Shown: positions 38,516 through 48,818 of the stretch, piece after piece
Layout of the letters: every line of letters starts with the position of its first letter
How positions within the stretch are numbered: position 1 is the stretch's first letter
From: an uncultured Candidatus Saccharibacteria bacterium
GTDB taxonomy: Bacteria > Patescibacteriota > Andersenbacteria > UBA10190
NCBI GenBank assembly: GCA_964450915.1
Contig: CAYVFG010000001.1
Location: 1,694 to 65,693 of the forward strand
Length of the DNA: 64,000 nt
Reading direction: 5' to 3'
The notes under the pieces: model-generated
Database searches by the model: none
Seen by the model: only the letters and a program-made list of their open reading frames with translations
What the model was told of the DNA's origin: nothing
Program-made: the position numbers and the translations under genes

Positions 38516-39331
38516 TCATTCGAACGCAGGGTTGGTTGCGGCTTCCAGTTTCACATATTCGCGAAACTGCCTGCCGGACATTTGGAGCACCTGCCCGCGA
38601 AGCGCCATGGAAGCAAGCATGCGCGTCGTCATGATTTGCTGCCGCATAAGGAGAGGAACTTGATCCTGCCTCATGCACATCTCCAGCTTCTGCTGAAGCT
38701 GTTGCGACATGACCTGCTTCATATGCATTCCCCTAGGCTCGCGCGCAACCCGCTGCATCGTTGCATTGTACTCCCTGCGATCGGCATCATCGGTAAGCTG
38801 GGGGCGGCAATCCTCTTTGCACAGATTGTAGCCCCACACCATATCGAAGAATTCGCCAATGGCATCCACATTCGCGTTCACCATCGGACCGATCGTGTTC
38901 ACCAGCGTCCGAGAGCGTTCGATATCGCGACCGTTTATTCGAAAGCGCTGGCGGGTAACCGTTTTGAGTAACGGCTGCCCGCGGAAATCGATCTGCTTGC
39001 CGTGAAGCGCGAATTGCGATTGCGTTTCCTTGAACGTCGCTTCCACTTTGGGGAAGTCGAGCATCGTAATCTCGATCGCCAAGCGACCGTCTCGGTTGTT
39101 GTGATCAGGAATAATCTCAACATACTTCAGATCCGGGTCGACGGGGAAATGCTCGCGGCGGCATACATATACATGTGGTGAAATGCGCGCGAACATGACA
39201 TCGCTTGCTACAACGGCAGACACGACATCCGACCACACCGGAATATCGATCGTAAAATTGCCATCCACAAACGCGAAGCAATTTTCGATCATCGCCTTCC
39301 ACGGCCTGCTTTCATACATTGGGCGAGTCAT
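38516..39331 (-). CDS. Hypothetical protein (271 aa)
   Basis: Long ORF; Q/M-rich C-terminus; no family recognised. Confidence 0.4.
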   Translation of the reverse strand: MTRPMYESRPWKAMIENCFAFVDGNFTIDIPVWSDVVSAVVASDVMFARISPHVYVCRREHFPVDPDLKYVEIIPDHNNRDGRLAIEITMLDFPKVEATFKETQSQFALHGKQIDFRGQPLLKTVTRQRFRINGRDIERSRTLVNTIGPMVNANVDAIGEFFDMVWGYNLCKEDCRPQLTDDADRREYNATMQRVAREPRGMHMKQVMSQQLQQKLEMCMRQDQVPLLMRQQIMTTRMLASMALRGQVLQMSGRQFREYVKLEAATNPAFE

Positions 39332-39420
39332 GACAATGCTCCGTTTGCGAGAGGGAATATTGTAAAGTGTGCTTGTTCTTATATACTTTTATTTATAGTA
39401 TTTGTCAAGATATACGATAC

Positions 39421-40014
39421 TTACCGATTTTTCGCTGTCCACAAATTGTCCCACCAAGCGGATGGAGCCGTGGTGTAAATAGCTTTGCCGATTTCTTTAG
39501 ATTTTTTATGCGTTAATTTTTGCAACTGCGCATTACCTTTTTGCTTTCCTTTTCCGTTCAGCCAGATGCTTGCCTCTTTATTGCCTTGCCATTCGTATTC
39601 GCGAAGGAGCAACACCTGATCGAGCAAATCTGCGTCTTTGGCAATGGTGGATTCTTTTGATTCCCGAATTTCGTATTCATCGATCAATTCTTTCAAGTCC
39701 GGAAACGGCAATGTGCCCAATTGATCTGCGTGCACTTCGTCTTCAAATAGTTTCGCGTAGCGCTTGTGCACCCAATTGTGATCGCCCGTACGCGCCTCGG
39801 CCATGTCATGGATAAGCGCCATCAGCGTTGTTTTATACGGATCGGCACCTTCTTCTTTTGCCAGAATCCACGCAATAATTGCCACACGGTAGGAGTGCGA
39901 CGCAATGGTATCCGAATCGTCATCCGTAAGGAGCATCTGCCGATGCATGCGAGGCAATTTCCTCATCGTACCGATTTCAAATAAGAAGTTCGCAATTCGT
40001 TTGTATTTATTCAT
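39421..40014 (-). CDS. HD-domain phosphohydrolase (YfbR-like 5'-nucleotidase family)
   Basis: HSYRVAIIAW...LIHDMAEARTGD HD motif; start ATG 40012-40014. Confidence 0.65.
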   Translation of the reverse strand: MNKYKRIANFLFEIGTMRKLPRMHRQMLLTDDDSDTIASHSYRVAIIAWILAKEEGADPYKTTLMALIHDMAEARTGDHNWVHKRYAKLFEDEVHADQLGTLPFPDLKELIDEYEIRESKESTIAKDADLLDQVLLLREYEWQGNKEASIWLNGKGKQKGNAQLQKLTHKKSKEIGKAIYTTAPSAWWDNLWTAKNR

Positions 40015-40064
40015 ATCCAAACTATATCCCTGGCAATGCGCTTTATACAAGGTATAGTAGGTGT

Positions 40065-40526
40065 ATGTTACAAGAAGGCACCAAGGCTCCCGATTTTTCC
40101 GCCCAAGACCAATTTGAAAAGACGCATACGCTTGCAGACTACGCGGGCAAGTGGCTGATACTGTATTTTTATCCGAAAGACGACACGCCAGGATGCACGA
40201 AGGAAGCATGCGCCATTCGCGATGCCTGGACGGATTTTAATACTGCGGGATTGAACGTGTTAGGGGTAAGCAAAGATTCTGTTGCAAGCCATATGAAATT
40301 TGCGGAAAAATATGCATTACCGTTTCCGCTCTTAGCTGATGAAGATAGGAAGATATTAGAAGCATACGAAGCGGAAGGCGAGAAGAATTTGTACGGAAAG
40401 ATGCATTTCGGAACGCTCAGGATTACCTACTTAATTAATCCGGATGGCGTGATTGCAAAAGCATACCCGAACGTAAAACCGGATAAGCACGCAAAGCAGA
40501 TTTTGGAGAATTTTAAGAATCTGTAG
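40065..40526 (+). CDS. bcp: Peroxiredoxin Bcp (thiol peroxidase)
   Basis: YFYPKDDTPGCTKEAC peroxidatic Cys motif. Confidence 0.85.
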   Translation: MLQEGTKAPDFSAQDQFEKTHTLADYAGKWLILYFYPKDDTPGCTKEACAIRDAWTDFNTAGLNVLGVSKDSVASHMKFAEKYALPFPLLADEDRKILEAYEAEGEKNLYGKMHFGTLRITYLINPDGVIAKAYPNVKPDKHAKQILENFKNL

Positions 40527-40661
40527 AAAAACTACTTAATACCTCAATAGGGCTATTTTTATACAATAATTGACATAATTTAACATATGAAGTATAATTA
40601 AAATGTTGATCGTGTGATCAACACACAGCTCCCCCAGTACCTCGACAACAAGGAATGCAGA

Positions 40662-41129
40662 ATGAAGAACGTCGTCCCCGCCCTAATTATCGCTGGTTTA
40701 TTCACCGTCTTGGGATTCGTGTTGCACGATCTTAAAGAACGACCGGTTCAACAACCAGCACAGGTGACCGCCGCCTCTCAAAAGATCGTCGTCCCCCAGC
40801 TCGAGTTAGCTTTCGGCGACAAGTTTAAGGCTGGAGTACCGATCACCATATCTGTCGAAGGAAACCAGAACGAAGAAGAACAACTTCTGCTGGTGTACAA
40901 CGAAGATAAAGTTCAGGTGATGCCATTCTTGGAGAATCCCGGAACTCGCCCTCGAGTTGAGTTTCGATCGCGAACAAGCAAGGAGCAATTTTATCTGTAC
41001 CGAGTGAAAGAAGAAGGTTCGGATCCTACGTGCACCGGCTGTTGGCGAATCGTTCAAAAAATCGAAAAAGGTACTCGAGACCGCGTGGTCTCACAGAAAG
41101 ATATTCAAAACGAGATCGATCTTCTGTGA
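40662..41129 (+). CDS. Hypothetical membrane-anchored protein
   Basis: N-terminal TM; bidirectional terminator at ~41150-41195. Confidence 0.45.
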   Translation: MKNVVPALIIAGLFTVLGFVLHDLKERPVQQPAQVTAASQKIVVPQLELAFGDKFKAGVPITISVEGNQNEEEQLLLVYNEDKVQVMPFLENPGTRPRVEFRSRTSKEQFYLYRVKEEGSDPTCTGCWRIVQKIEKGTRDRVVSQKDIQNEIDLL

Positions 41130-41191
41130 TCAGATCAACAGCATTAAAATCAACAGCCCGCGCGGAGAATTTTCTCCCCGGGCTGATTTTT

Positions 41192-41722
41192 TTATTTCTT
41201 CAACAATTCCGAAAACTTTGCCTGAAGCTTTTCCAGTTTCGGACTGATAGTCGCCTCGCAGTACGGATTGTCTTTATTTTTTTCGTAATACTTTTGGTGA
41301 TAATCTTCTGCGAAATAAAATTCGGTGAACGGCGTCACTTCCGTCACAACTTTTTTGCCGTCTTGATTTAATTGATCTATAAATTTTTTCGCCTCCATTT
41401 CCTGTTCGGGCGTCGTGAAGAAAATAGCAGATCGATACTGCGTACCCACATCTGCGCCTTGGCGATTGAGCGTTGTGGGATCGTGCGTTGCAAAAAACAC
41501 GGTCAGCAAATCGTTATACGTAATTTTCGACGGATCAAACACAATCTTCGTCGCTTCCGCATGCCCCGTATTTCCTGAACAAACTTGTTCGTATGTCGGG
41601 TTTGAAACGGTGCCGCCGGCATAGCCCGGCTTCACATCCTCAACGCCTTTTAAGCTGGAAAAGACAGCTTCCGTACACCAGAAGCATCCTCCGCCAAATA
41701 CTGCTGTTTCTGTATTGTTCAT
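41192..41722 (-). CDS. msrA: Peptide-methionine (S)-S-oxide reductase MsrA
   Basis: AVFGGGCFWCTEAVF active-site motif. Confidence 0.9.
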   Translation of the reverse strand: MNNTETAVFGGGCFWCTEAVFSSLKGVEDVKPGYAGGTVSNPTYEQVCSGNTGHAEATKIVFDPSKITYNDLLTVFFATHDPTTLNRQGADVGTQYRSAIFFTTPEQEMEAKKFIDQLNQDGKKVVTEVTPFTEFYFAEDYHQKYYEKNKDNPYCEATISPKLEKLQAKFSELLKK

Positions 41723-41737
41723 AAATAGGTAAAAATA

Positions 41738-42850
41738 TTATCCGAATGTAAACGTATATGCCTGCAAGCCCGGATTTTGAATGATGAGTTTCAGCGTATG
41801 CGTGCCGGGAGTAGCCTCATCGATCAGATTATAGAGCTGATTTGCCTGTACGGAAATTGTTTTTACCAATACGCCATCGCGGTACACCTGTGCTGCGTTT
41901 TCTGCATTCGATCCTGCAACAAAGTACACGTGCTTGGCATGATATTTATATGAGATAGATGCGCCTGCGGAAATGGTTTGCGCATACTCCTGTTGAATAT
42001 CCCACGAGCCGTCCAAGTAAAATGTATTATCTTTCAGAATTGCCGGTATCTGGAATTGCCCCATGCCCGTTTTGCCAATCGTTCCGTTCCCTAGATATTG
42101 ATTGCGTGCCGATCCGAAATACGTTTCCGGACTACCCACCTGCGCAACATCTACCGAAATTGCGTTCGTCGGATTAGCCATATCTGTTTTGATATCTTCT
42201 TTTTGGCCCAATACTTGCGCGCGCTCTTTGAGCGCATCTTGAATTGCCTTTTCTGTCACATCATAATCGCCCTCGCCCGCATGATCATGCACAATAAAAC
42301 CGTCGATATCTATAAGATACTCCCGCGGCCAATATTGATTTTGAAATGCATTCCATGTGCCGTAATCGTTATCGAGCACCACAGGATACTTTACTCCATA
42401 TTTCTGAGTGGCAGCTTGTACGTTATTGATATCGTGCTCGAATTGAAACTCCGGGGTATGAACACCGATGATTTCTAACCCCTGATCTTTATATTTGTCA
42501 TACCAAGCCGTTACATACGGAAGCGTGCGCTGGCAGTTAATGCAGCTGTACGTCCAAAAATCTATTAAGATAACTTTTTTGCCGATCAAATCTTGAATTT
42601 TAAACGGGTCCGTATTGATAAATCCGCTTGGATTCACAAAGTCTACTGCGCGAGGATACTGCTTCTCTTTTTGCGCAATAATAGCGGACCGATCAGCGGA
42701 TCCAGCCATGGTTGCAACAGGAATAGCAGCGCCCGGGCCAGTTGCGCCATGGTGCGACGAAATGGATTCCAAATACCACACTGCGCCGGCAATAAGAATT
42801 AACACTATTCCTAAAATAGTATTTCTATGACGACGTGATAACGGTTTCAT
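41738..42850 (-). CDS. Thioredoxin-fold thiol-disulfide oxidoreductase (TlpA/ResA-like redoxin) with C-terminal extension
   Basis: N-terminal TM, FWTYSCINCQ CxxC motif; upstream of ccdA. Confidence 0.7.
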   Translation of the reverse strand: MKPLSRRHRNTILGIVLILIAGAVWYLESISSHHGATGPGAAIPVATMAGSADRSAIIAQKEKQYPRAVDFVNPSGFINTDPFKIQDLIGKKVILIDFWTYSCINCQRTLPYVTAWYDKYKDQGLEIIGVHTPEFQFEHDINNVQAATQKYGVKYPVVLDNDYGTWNAFQNQYWPREYLIDIDGFIVHDHAGEGDYDVTEKAIQDALKERAQVLGQKEDIKTDMANPTNAISVDVAQVGSPETYFGSARNQYLGNGTIGKTGMGQFQIPAILKDNTFYLDGSWDIQQEYAQTISAGASISYKYHAKHVYFVAGSNAENAAQVYRDGVLVKTISVQANQLYNLIDEATPGTHTLKLIIQNPGLQAYTFTFG

Positions 42851-43548
42851 GATTGCAATAATATGCTATTTAACACTCCCCAATTTGCAATAAGGCTCAA
42901 GCTTTGAGTAAACACTAAAATACCCAATAAAATTAATATCACTCCGAAGATAATAGATAGAATTTCGAATCTTGATGCGTATTTGTTAATAAACACTTGC
43001 GCTTGGGAAGCAAAGAATCCGACAACGATAAATGGGATGCCAAGCCCGAGCGAATATGCCAGCAGGAGCGCAAACGATTGACCAGGTTGAGTAACAGCAA
43101 GCGATAAGATTGCTCCGAGCGCAGCACCAACGCACGGCGTCCACCCGGCTGCAAATGCGGCACCAAACAGCATCGATGTTACATATCGAGAAGAAAACGT
43201 GTGAACGGAAAATTTATGATCGCGTTCCAGAAACGGAACTTTGATAAGTTTGGTTAGATACAGACCGAAGAAGATAATAAACAATCCGCCGATACGGGCA
43301 AGCCACGATTGAACCGTTGGAGCAATATGAAGTAATACCGTATTAAGAAGAACCCCGAGCAATGCGAACAGAATCGAAAAACCTAGCACGAAAAACACGC
43401 TATTGATAACCATTTCTTTCCTGCTTGGCGTCTTAGTGCCCGCACCTGCCAAATACGCTAAGAATCCCGGAATAATCGGCAATACGCACGGTGCAAAAAA
43501 CGATACTACCCCACCAATAAACGCAACGTAAATGGAAATCGACGTCAT
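42847..43548 (-). CDS. ccdA: Cytochrome c-type biogenesis / thiol-disulfide transporter CcdA (DsbD-family)
   Basis: FFAPCVLPIIPGFLAYLAG and second conserved Cys (WTPCVGAALG). Confidence 0.85.
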   Translation of the reverse strand: MTSISIYVAFIGGVVSFFAPCVLPIIPGFLAYLAGAGTKTPSRKEMVINSVFFVLGFSILFALLGVLLNTVLLHIAPTVQSWLARIGGLFIIFFGLYLTKLIKVPFLERDHKFSVHTFSSRYVTSMLFGAAFAAGWTPCVGAALGAILSLAVTQPGQSFALLLAYSLGLGIPFIVVGFFASQAQVFINKYASRFEILSIIFGVILILLGILVFTQSLSLIANWGVLNSILLQS

Positions 43549-44093
43549 GCTGAATGCGCCCTAACGCGCCTCATGCGCGCCATCCCCAAATATCCGATAC
43601 AAGCTAAAATCACTAAAGCTCCCCACGCACCACCAGCAATTTGCAACACGCTATTTTCCCTTTTTTCCACTTCTCGCAGTGATCGGCCAACTGCAACGTA
43701 CCCGTCTTTATACGGAACAACCACGAGCGCGATGCGCACACCCTTTCTTGGCTGCCATGTAACGCGATCTTGGCCCATCTTTTTTGTACTATCGAATACG
43801 CCCAACGGAATCGCAGGATCTTTGCCATCGAGCTGGCCCGTCGTTTCAAGCACTGCTCCCTTTGAATCCGTCACCACCAAAAACGGCGCAAGACTTGCTG
43901 CCATATCGATACGACTGGTGCTTGCCAAGTCAGACGGCTTTGCCGTTCCATCAAGCAAATGCGCAATATCTTCCGCCAATTGAATCTGCGGGTCGTTCGC
44001 ACTCTGGCGCAATATCTGCTGTCCTACGGCGTATATCGTGCCAAATACGACGATGCTCACAAGTAAACAGATTGCGAAATTGCGTGGTTTCAT
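43545..44093 (-). CDS. Hypothetical signal-anchored protein
   Basis: TM near N-terminus and C-terminal TM; 4-nt overlap with ccdA. Confidence 0.4.
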   Translation of the reverse strand: MKPRNFAICLLVSIVVFGTIYAVGQQILRQSANDPQIQLAEDIAHLLDGTAKPSDLASTSRIDMAASLAPFLVVTDSKGAVLETTGQLDGKDPAIPLGVFDSTKKMGQDRVTWQPRKGVRIALVVVPYKDGYVAVGRSLREVEKRENSVLQIAGGAWGALVILACIGYLGMARMRRVRAHSA

Positions 44094-44158
44094 ATGGTTA
44101 TATAATACACTCTCGGCGCAGACGTGCAATAAAAAACCTGTCAAGGTAGTCTAAAAGA

Positions 44159-45001
44159 ATGAAACAAGAGTTTCAAAAACATACCATAACCATTCAACAG
44201 TCATCTGTAGCGTATTGGACGTATGGCGATCCATCGAAACCAACCGTTCTGCTCATCCATGGATTCAGAGGGAATCACTTTGGATTCACCTCTATCGCTA
44301 AGCACCTGGATTCGTACCATGTTGTTATCCCCGATCTGCCCGGATACGGCGAATCACAATCGTGGCAGACTACGCCACACGCCATTGAAGCGTATGCCGA
44401 GTGGCTGCACGAATTTTGCATCGCAACAAACATTGCGCACCCTATCGTTGTCGGACACTCATTCGGAGCAACAATTACCCTACTGTTCGCTCATCTCTAT
44501 GGCGACGAGATCAGCCAACTTATCCTGATGAGCCCCGTAGTATCTGAAAACTCTCTGCGAGCCGCCATCGGTTCGATATACTACTCATCTGCTCGATATG
44601 TCCCATCATTGTTCCGCCGCACGTACCTTATCAATCCAATTTCCGATGTGTGCGCAAACCTCATGCTCTTTAAAACTGGATCGGTACATAATCGGTTGCG
44701 CATTTTATCTGAAGGGTTGCACAATACAAAAAAATTCCACGAGAATGTTATTTTTGAAAACTTCGCAAGCCTCCAGCGCATTAATCCATTTTCGTACACC
44801 GCAAGTCTCGCTATGCCCGTGTGCATCATTGCCGGGACACACGACGTGTTCTGCAAACCAAACGATATAGAGCGCCTCTGCGGCGGTATTGCGAATATAA
44901 CGTGCACCTACTTGGATAAAGAAGGGCACTTGCTCCCTCTTGAGCAGCCAAAGCGAGCAGCATCTGCGCTGTGCGCCTTCATCTCATCTTCACCAGCGTA
45001 A
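44159..45001 (+). CDS. Alpha/beta hydrolase fold protein
   Basis: VVGHSFGATI nucleophile elbow (GHSFG). Confidence 0.7.
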   Translation: MKQEFQKHTITIQQSSVAYWTYGDPSKPTVLLIHGFRGNHFGFTSIAKHLDSYHVVIPDLPGYGESQSWQTTPHAIEAYAEWLHEFCIATNIAHPIVVGHSFGATITLLFAHLYGDEISQLILMSPVVSENSLRAAIGSIYYSSARYVPSLFRRTYLINPISDVCANLMLFKTGSVHNRLRILSEGLHNTKKFHENVIFENFASLQRINPFSYTASLAMPVCIIAGTHDVFCKPNDIERLCGGIANITCTYLDKEGHLLPLEQPKRAASALCAFISSSPA

Positions 45002-45015
45002 GGTACGATAGAACC

Positions 45016-45678
45016 ATGCGAATATTAGTAGTTGAAGACGAACCAAAGCTCAATAAAGGCTTGGTAAAAGGCCTGCAAAACAAGGGGTATGCAGTCGATT
45101 TTGCATTCGACGGGCTTGCCGGAGAAACACTGGCACGAAAACAGGCATACGATTTGATTATCTTGGATATTATGATGCCCCGCCGAGACGGCATCACCGT
45201 ATGCAACAACCTGCGGACATCCGGGATTGAAACTCCGATACTATTCTTAACTGCAAAAGATGAAATCGCCGATAAAGTAAAAGGGCTCAATATTGGCGCC
45301 GATGATTACTTGGTAAAGCCATTCGCATTCGAAGAATTGTTCGCCCGAATCAAAAGTATTCTGCGCAGGCCAAAGCAAGTTGTTCCGGATATATTAAAAC
45401 TTGAAAAATTGACGCTCGACACAAAAGCGCAGCAACTGACTATTAATAATAAAGTCATCCCGCTCACGCTTCGAGAATACAGCCTGCTTGAATATCTGCT
45501 ACGCAACGAGGGGGCAGTCATTACGCGAGAAGACCTCCTCGACCATGTATGGGATATATTCTATGATTCCCAAAGCAACGTCGTTGACGTGCACGTAAAA
45601 AATATTAGAAAAAAATTACCAACTGCGTATGCAAAACGTATTGAAACAATTCGAGGAAAAGGGTACCGCATTGCTTAG
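45016..45678 (+). CDS. OmpR-family response regulator
   Basis: MRILVVEDE receiver, winged-helix C-terminus (RGKGYRIA). Confidence 0.85.
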   Translation: MRILVVEDEPKLNKGLVKGLQNKGYAVDFAFDGLAGETLARKQAYDLIILDIMMPRRDGITVCNNLRTSGIETPILFLTAKDEIADKVKGLNIGADDYLVKPFAFEELFARIKSILRRPKQVVPDILKLEKLTLDTKAQQLTINNKVIPLTLREYSLLEYLLRNEGAVITREDLLDHVWDIFYDSQSNVVDVHVKNIRKKLPTAYAKRIETIRGKGYRIA

Positions 45679-46684
45679 CGGACAATTTTCGCGTGCGCGA
45701 ATCGAGCTGACGCTCATTTATGCTGTTATTTTGCTGTTCGTGTTAATGGTTTCAAGCGTCATTACGTACTCCAGATTTTCTACGCGAATCGATCTTCGGT
45801 GGGCCGCACACCGCATTATGATTCAACAGCCGATCCCACTGCCCCCATTTGACCCCGAGCAAAACTTCCCTGATGAAGCGCGAACAGAATTAGCCCTATC
45901 ACTATTTCTCGTAAACGGCGTGCTCATCGTCGGCGGAATCGGATTAAGTTACATACTGGCCGGAATTACGCTGCAACCGATCCAGCAAGCATACGAGAAG
46001 CAGCGTCGATTTTTAAGCGATGCATCGCATGAATTGCGAACTCCGCTTGCGATTATGCAAACAGACTTGGAAAACGAGCTTGCAGATAAAAAAATTAGCC
46101 AGCACGCGAAAGAGCAGGCAGAAAGCCATTTGGAAGAAGTGGGCCGTATGTGCGCAATCGTAAAAGATTTGCTGTTAATATCTCGGCTCGATAGAGAAAA
46201 CAATAAAGATGCGCCAAGCCAGCTCGTCGATTTTAGCGCAATTGCAGCTGCGGTCATCGACCGGCTTACGCCGTATGCCGAAAAGCATGCAGTAGCGCTT
46301 GTTTCAAAACTTCCTGAATTACCAGTTACCATACTGGCGCATCCGGAACACCTTTCCCAAGCAATTATGAACCTTGTAAAAAATGCTATCGATTACAATC
46401 AAAAAGACGGCTCCGTAACAGTATCTCTTACCATCGAAAAAAACGTGGCAACGCTCATTGTCCAAGACACGGGCGTCGGTATTCCCAAAAAAGATCTGGA
46501 AAAAATATTCGACCGATTCTATCGAGCAGATGAGAGCAGAACACGTGCAACAGGAGGAAGCGGACTGGGCCTCTCCATCGTGCAATCAATTGCAAAAACT
46601 TATAACGGAAATATCTCTATACAAAGCGACGAAAAAACAGGAACACGCGCAAACCTTTCCTTTCCACTCAAAAATGCATCATAA
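45629..46684 (+). CDS. Sensor histidine kinase (HisKA + HATPase_c); true start probably downstream of 45629, overlapping the regulator
   Basis: SHELRTPL H-box; N, G1 (DTGVGI), G2 (GGSGLGLSI) boxes. Confidence 0.8.
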   Translation: MQNVLKQFEEKGTALLSGQFSRARIELTLIYAVILLFVLMVSSVITYSRFSTRIDLRWAAHRIMIQQPIPLPPFDPEQNFPDEARTELALSLFLVNGVLIVGGIGLSYILAGITLQPIQQAYEKQRRFLSDASHELRTPLAIMQTDLENELADKKISQHAKEQAESHLEEVGRMCAIVKDLLLISRLDRENNKDAPSQLVDFSAIAAAVIDRLTPYAEKHAVALVSKLPELPVTILAHPEHLSQAIMNLVKNAIDYNQKDGSVTVSLTIEKNVATLIVQDTGVGIPKKDLEKIFDRFYRADESRTRATGGSGLGLSIVQSIAKTYNGNISIQSDEKTGTRANLSFPLKNAS

Positions 46685-46693
46685 TGTCGGGTT

Positions 46694-48817
46694 ATGCCTA
46701 TTCCCTGGCCAACCATGCGCCAAAACGCCCAAAATACCGGATTGGGCGTTTTTCGCATTCCTCAAAGCGACTCTCCGTCCGCAAGCGCCTTTCCTACAAA
46801 TGGGCTCATCTTTTCCACTCCGGTTATCGATGAACATGAAATAGTGTATGCAGGCAGCGCAGATCACTACTTGTACGCATACGATCCAAACCGGAAACAA
46901 GTGCTGTGGAAATTTGAAACGGGCGAAATTATCGATTCTGCAGCTGCCTTGCACCCGAATGGAACGATCATAGTTCCGTCAGGCGATGGAAATATATACT
47001 GCCTGGATAAAAGCGGAAAAAAGATATGGGCGTTCGACGTCACAAGTGCTAGAACGCCGGATCAATTCACACTTGCGACAAGCTATTGGTGGGAAGGCAA
47101 TATAGCAATCGGACCTGATGGGAACATCTACGCAGGCAATGATGATTTCTTTTTATACTCGCTTACCCCCGAAGGAACGTTGCGCTGGAAATTCAGAACT
47201 GGATTATTTATCTGGTCGGCTGCCGCATTTGATACAAGCGGCGTGGTATACGCCGCATCGTTCGACGGATACATATACGCGCTCAAGTGCGAAGACGGCT
47301 CGCTGCTCTGGAAAACGGATTTGAAAAATCCGATGATTTCATCTCCTGTTATATACGATGATTACCTGATCGAATGCACGCTGAATGGGACTATGGTTGT
47401 AATGAATCGGCATACGGGCAAAGTGCTGTGGACTACTTCAACTCCGACGCACGCATATGCAACCCCGCTCGTAACTCCAGACGGGCATATTGTCACAGCA
47501 TCCAGTTCCGGAGAAATTATCATGCACGACATCAAAACAAGAAGCAGCGTATGGACGCATACGGAAACATCTGTAGTGCGCGCATCGCTCGTTGCAGGCA
47601 TCGACCCGGAACAAAAAGAGGAATATCTCATCTACGGCGGAAATGCGGAAGGGCACGTGTTTGCGCTAACTCCTTCAGGACAGCAACGCTACCGATTGCA
47701 CACTGCGCCTACAGAAGAAAATCCGAATAAATTTGTCATTAATGCATCGCTTGCATTAGGCAATCATGGCATTGCACTAGCTGCAGGGAAATATATCTAC
47801 TACCTTCCATACAAGCATTACCTTGATAGGAATGCCGACTATGCAATACAGCCGGAGATTCAAAAGCAATTAACGCATACAGATCTCGCGCAAGCAAACG
47901 CTTATATTTTCGATACTATCCATATCACCTCTCCGACAATCGTCCCTACGCTTGATCAAATCGGCCTGCAAAGCCTGCGCGTATACATAGGAGTTGTGGC
48001 GCGCAATGAATCAAACAACACGTTCCTTGCACACGGCATGCTGATGTTCGGAAGAAACGAAGAAGGAGAATTGCTCGGAGTCCCCCATGCGCAAACATAT
48101 TCATTCGCATTTCATGGGAATACATATCCGGACCGCATGGAATTTACAACAGAGAATATTTATTTTGAAACATCCGGCTTTCCGTTCCCGCTCGACAGTC
48201 TCACCATTGCAACCATTCAAGCTCCTACGGATTCTAACGCAACCATCCATGCGCACGTCCATAAAAAGGGGGCGCTGCGAACGTTCTTTGCTGCCATGCG
48301 CGCATACAACGCCACGAATCCCGCACGCAATATATTTAAAAATATCAAAACTATTCATGAAATTCCCCACATGGTCGCGGCATGGCTGCTTTTTGCGAGC
48401 ACGGGGATAAAATTCATCATAAGAAAATACTGGGACGGCTTCGACCTATTTGACGAACATGGGAGCATCGATTGCGTCGGCATGGCGTCGCTCAGGCCGC
48501 TTCACCATGCGCCCAAATCCAAATGGGCCATATCTTCGCGTTCATACAATACGTTTTTCAGAAGAATTGCTGTGCACCTCACTACCACGGATCAGCATGC
48601 GCTACCCGATGAAGTATCGATCATTCTTGCGGACAGCGCTACGCTCGTGCCGCTTGCAATCAATTACAGCAAACTGGTACGACACACGACACTATCGGAA
48701 ACAACAGCTCACGTTTCGCTGTCTATTCCCGAGGGCTATAAAACATCCACCCTTACTGCGTACGTTGTCGATAAAACAACTCTTCTGGAATCTTTCCCCC
48801 TCTACTCCGTAAAATAA
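46694..48817 (+). CDS. PQQ-like beta-propeller repeat protein (BamB-like repeats) with C-terminal domain
   Basis: Repeated ...DG..Y/LW blade motifs (YAYDPNRKQVLWKF, LYSLTPEGTLRWKF, IYALKCEDGSLLWK). Confidence 0.6.
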   Translation: MPIPWPTMRQNAQNTGLGVFRIPQSDSPSASAFPTNGLIFSTPVIDEHEIVYAGSADHYLYAYDPNRKQVLWKFETGEIIDSAAALHPNGTIIVPSGDGNIYCLDKSGKKIWAFDVTSARTPDQFTLATSYWWEGNIAIGPDGNIYAGNDDFFLYSLTPEGTLRWKFRTGLFIWSAAAFDTSGVVYAASFDGYIYALKCEDGSLLWKTDLKNPMISSPVIYDDYLIECTLNGTMVVMNRHTGKVLWTTSTPTHAYATPLVTPDGHIVTASSSGEIIMHDIKTRSSVWTHTETSVVRASLVAGIDPEQKEEYLIYGGNAEGHVFALTPSGQQRYRLHTAPTEENPNKFVINASLALGNHGIALAAGKYIYYLPYKHYLDRNADYAIQPEIQKQLTHTDLAQANAYIFDTIHITSPTIVPTLDQIGLQSLRVYIGVVARNESNNTFLAHGMLMFGRNEEGELLGVPHAQTYSFAFHGNTYPDRMEFTTENIYFETSGFPFPLDSLTIATIQAPTDSNATIHAHVHKKGALRTFFAAMRAYNATNPARNIFKNIKTIHEIPHMVAAWLLFASTGIKFIIRKYWDGFDLFDEHGSIDCVGMASLRPLHHAPKSKWAISSRSYNTFFRRIAVHLTTTDQHALPDEVSIILADSATLVPLAINYSKLVRHTTLSETTAHVSLSIPEGYKTSTLTAYVVDKTTLLESFPLYSVK

Positions 48818-48818
48818 A

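Noticed and set aside
38501-38971. 156-aa His-rich plus-strand ORF
   Set aside because: Antisense to the 38516-39331 ORF and compositionally aberrant (His/Leu/Arg repeats).
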